Shown: positions 60,702 through 64,000 of the stretch, piece after piece
Layout of the letters: every line of letters starts with the position of its first letter
How positions within the stretch are numbered: the stretch's first letter is position 1
Assembly (NCBI GenBank): GCA_052327205.1
Contig: CM126230.1
Location: forward strand, 23,126,001-23,190,000
Direction: 5' to 3'
Origin: Somniosus microcephalus
Taxonomy: Eukaryota
DNA: 64,000 nt
Program-made: the position numbers and the translations under genes
The notes under the pieces: model-generated
Database searches by the model: none
What the model was told of the DNA's origin: nothing
The model's input: only the letters and a program-made list of their open reading frames with translations

Positions 60702-61182
60702 TGAGGCCTACCTGAGCCTCTGGGGCCTCTTGTAGTCGCTCTGCCGCTCAGCTCCACCTCCACCCGCTGCCGATGCCGCACTGGGGCCTACCTGAGCCTC
60801 TGGGGCCTCTTGTAGTCGCTCTGCCGCTCAGCTCCACCTCCACCCGCTGCCGATGCCGCACTGAGGCCTACCTGAGCCTCTGGGGCCTCTTGTAGTCGCT
60901 CTGCCGCTCAGCTCCACCTCCACCCGCTGCCGATGCCGCACTGAGGCCTACCTGAGCCTCTGGGGCCTCTTGTAGTCGCTCTGCCGCTCAGCTCCGCCTC
61001 CACCCGCTGCCGATGCCGCACTGAGGCCTACCTGAGCCTCTGGGGCCTCTTGTAGTCGCTCTGCCGCTCAGCTCCGCCTCCACCCGCTGCCGATGCCGCA
61101 CTGGGGCCTACCTGAGCCTCTGGGGCCTCTTGTAGTCGCTCTGCCGCTCAGCTCCGCCTCCACCCACTGCCGATGCCGCACT
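60702..61182. repeat. 80-bp tandem array x6 at the CR1 5' end
   Basis: Unit starts every 80 bp (60702, 60782 ... 61102); copies near identical. Confidence 0.95.
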
Positions 61183-61413
61183 TGGTTTGTACCAAGATTG
61201 TCTGCTAATTTCCGCACGGGCCTATTATGACTTTTAATGCCATGCACAAGCCAGGAATTGCTCCAAGTGTGAACCTTCGGAGGGGAGAGAGTGCGGGACA
61301 GTGGTGTGGTTACTGCAGGAACATTGGGGATGTTTCCAAATGGATCGGCAAAATGAGAGGCGCACCCTGACATTCCTACATCCACAACAGAGGAGCAGAC
61401 AAAGATGAGGCGG

Positions 61414-61502
61414 GTGGACTGAGTTAGGATACGGATCCGCCATGATCTAATTGAATGGTGGAACAGGCTCAAGGGGCTGAATGGCTGACCCCTGTTCCTA
61501 TG
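61414..61502 (+). mobile_element. CR1 3' tail fragment
   Basis: GCCATGATCTAATTGAATGGTGGAACAGGCTCAAGGGGCTGAATGG..CCTGTTCCTATG. Confidence 0.75.
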
Positions 61503-61872
61503 AATCAGCGTCTTGTCTTAAGGTCCCAATTGGCAGGACTGATGCAGAAGTGCTGATGTTTTAAATCTAGACGCATTGGACAGATGTAGCCGAGTGTTCC
61601 TTCTCGTCTGTGACCACGTCCTATTTCCTCGGCTGATTAGTTCAGCTGCTGACTTTGAAGAAAAGCAAAATAGTGCGGTGAGAAGTGAGGAAGTAAGCTC
61701 TTGGAAACCAGAATGCGACTCCTCTCCACTTCCACTTTTTATGTAAATAACTAACCATTGTACTTCCCTGAACATATCTTCTCCTCCCAACTTCAACAGT
61801 TAAGCTCATATCCTTTATTAATATCAGCAAAAAATGGTGAAATTATGGGCCCCTTTAACCCAAAAAGGCACT

Positions 61873-62573
61873 GGCCTAGAAATTCAGTAGGCTTTGCGCC
61901 CACTTTTCGCCCAAAGAGGGTTTCTGCGCCAGTGTAAGAGGGTGCGCTGATATTCAGCGCTGCGGTAATGGCGGCGGTAGCCGGTAGCGCTGCGCCGACA
62001 CCGATGACGTCATCGGTGTGCGCAGTGCCCCGGTTCCGCCCCGCTTCCGGCCCAAACCCCATATTTAGTTGCGGCCGCCTCTTCTGCAGCGGCCGCAAAC
62101 AGCGTTTGAAAAACGGGGCCGTACTGCTGCGCTACTGGGGCGCTTTAAGGTGGAGGTGCGGTCGGCTGCTTTTTCGACGGCCGCCTGCCCGCACCTCCCT
62201 CCCTGGCCTCCTACACCACCCCCCCCGCGGCATTGGTGGCTGATTCCCGCGAGCCCGGCACTTCTCCGTGGTGCCGGGCTCATTTGCCGGCAGAATCCAG
62301 CGGCGATCTCACGGCTGCAGGCAGCTCCTCCTTAAGAGAAGGAGGAGGCCTGCAGTACCCCAGCCTGCCGCACCGCATCGGGTGGCGCAGCGGCAGCTGG
62401 AGCGCTGAAATTCACTTTCAGCGCCCCAAGCGGAGGCGGGCACACCCTGGAACAGCGCCCGGTTCCGACTTGGGGCGCTAAAAGTGAATTTCTGGCGGGC
62501 GCAACTGGCTCCGCGCGCAGCACTAACTTTTGGGCGTTAGCCTGCTGGCGGGCCTTAACTGAATTTCTAGGCC
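61873..62573. mobile_element. GC-rich Harbinger MITE family B
   Basis: TIR GGCCTAGAAATTCAGT / ACTGAATTTCTAGGCC with exact TSD ACT. Confidence 0.92.
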
Positions 62574-62873
62574 ACTGTCTTCAGATAAAAAATGTTTGGC
62601 AGGCATTTTCTTTAAGTTGCTTCACACAAAATACAAGGTAAGAAAGCATCGTGATATCGTGGCTCTTTGTTGTACTTCCCGTCCCTGCCCAAACAAGAAA
62701 AAAAAAATGGCCGAATGCTCTTCATGAGTCCATGCTGTGCCTGATTACCATTATGGCCTAGTCTCAAACTGAAGGCCTCAAAGCCTGACTACAAGGCACT
62801 TGCCAAATTTTTCTGCTGCTCTCCTCTTTAACAATTACATTTCTTTTTTGTTTCAAATCAAGTACAAGTGTAA

Positions 62874-64000
62874 GGCCTAGAAATTCGGTTTAGCCGCGTT
62901 TGGGGCGCTAGTCCTGGTGAAGCGCAAAGTTTAGCGCCAGGCGCAATTTAGCACCACCTAGCGCGATATTGGGTTGCAGCGCCCCTAAAGGTGATTGCGC
63001 CGCTAAATCAGGCGCTGCACGCTACTCTTAAGGCGCTAACCCGGCGGCGCAACCCAATTTCGCGGCGGCGGGGCACAGCGAGGGTGCTGTCAATAATCAC
63101 TTTCCCTGAGACACACTGGCGCTGGCCAGCTCTTAAAGGGGCAGGTCAATTGGCATCACCAGACACACTCACTGCCTTGTAGGCCTTCAAAGCGGTGGGA
63201 GCCTACCTGTGGCGCACCAGCCTAGCAAGACATGGAAAGGGTGAGGCAGAGGGCGGAACGCCTCACTGATGGGGCATTGGATGCTTTGGTTGGCGCAGTG
63301 GAATCAAGGCCAAGGAAGATGGTCGGAATGTGATTTATGTTTTGGACAGTCTCCCGGGTGTGAGAGGCAGTTATGTGTCAGTGTATTAGTTTGCTTTCTG
63401 TTGCCATAGCTTTCTCATGTTTGAAGGAACTACATTTTGTGTAATGAAACACTTTCTTCATTTACAATGGCCATGCCTGCTATATACATGCATCTTTCCC
63501 TTCACAGGCTTGGGGGTATCAGACCGGTTCCATTCCTGTTCTTGGAATGGCAGCAAGCATTCCGTGAGAGGGGCCTAGAAGCTACTTCTGATCAGCCTCT
63601 GACGCGCAGCCTGAGAAGAGCCGCTCGCGTAGAAGTTCAGGCCAGCAGCCATCTTCTCAGCCACCGACAGAGATGTCCTGCACCTTATCTGAGGCTGCAG
63701 ATCTGCCTGAAGCAGCTGGCACAGCTCAGTCACCACCTCCTTTCCAAATCACAGCCTTCTGACACACTGCTCCTCCGGCATGTTCATGTAGGGAAAACTG
63801 CTGTCGGAAAACCCTGCCAGCGTAAGGTCTGCTGTGGCGACGTCTGTTGGCGCTCCTCCGTCTGGCCATGTCCACCCCCCTCTCCCAGTGTCTCAGCGCC
63901 CTTTCCAGATGATTCAGCAGCAGGATGTTCCCCTCCAATGCAGCCCCCATAATAAGTGCCCACAGGAAGGTTCCCATTGTCAAGGCTCACCAACAGCAAG
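62874..64000. mobile_element. Deleted Harbinger transposon (runs off the window) with the family B TIR
   Basis: TAA-GGCCTAGAAATTCGGT; + strand MERVRQRAERLTDGALDALVGAVESR (Myb-like, from 63232); - strand transposase remnant. Confidence 0.85.
63575..63950 (-). pseudogene. Harbinger (HARBI1-like) transposase remnant, catalytic core deleted
   Basis: RPYAGRVFRQ / YMNMPEEQCVRRL*FGKEVVTELCQLLQADLQP..LSVAEKMAAGLNFYASGS, fused directly to the C-terminus ARQRLIRSSF*. Confidence 0.85.

Larger units (their letters stand above)
56309..61182 (-). mobile_element. Near full-length CR1 LINE
   Basis: 5' repeat array, ORF1, ORF2, 3' UTR and (TTCTTATG)n tail. Confidence 0.95.

Noticed and set aside
60702-61182. 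80-bp array as CRISPR
   Set aside because: Head-to-tail identical units with no spacers, in a eukaryotic context.
56309-61502. Inverted CR1 tails bracketing the long CR1 as terminal repeats of one element
   Set aside because: The tails are diverged from each other, no TSD flanks them, and such tails are abundant in the window.

Overview
Repeat-dense vertebrate DNA whose SINE/LINE repertoire (DeuSINE/SacSINE1-like, V-SINE/HE1-like, CR1, L2, RTE-BovB, Penelope-like) points to a cartilaginous fish. Between the repeats lies a decayed multi-exon gene on the minus strand (~5.3-43.9 kb). Its translated exon remnants match TBC1D32/BROMI motifs in the right order, but at low identity and with stops and frameshifts, so it is most likely a dead, highly divergent paralog. 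At 44.3-55.8 kb is a three-level nest: a SINE is split by a Gypsy LTR element that has no tRNA PBS but a 13-nt complement of its own LTR at that position, and that element is split by two Mag-like Gypsy elements. Also present: a nearly intact CR1 with an 80-bp 5' monomer array, a 1.18-kb solo LTR, a 4.4-kb 23-bp minisatellite, many PIF/Harbinger MITEs plus deleted Harbinger remnants, and Penelope-derived elements with minimal hammerhead ribozymes, including a ~700-bp palindrome with a ribozyme on each strand. Family names and protein similarities come from remembered consensus sequences, not from database searches.
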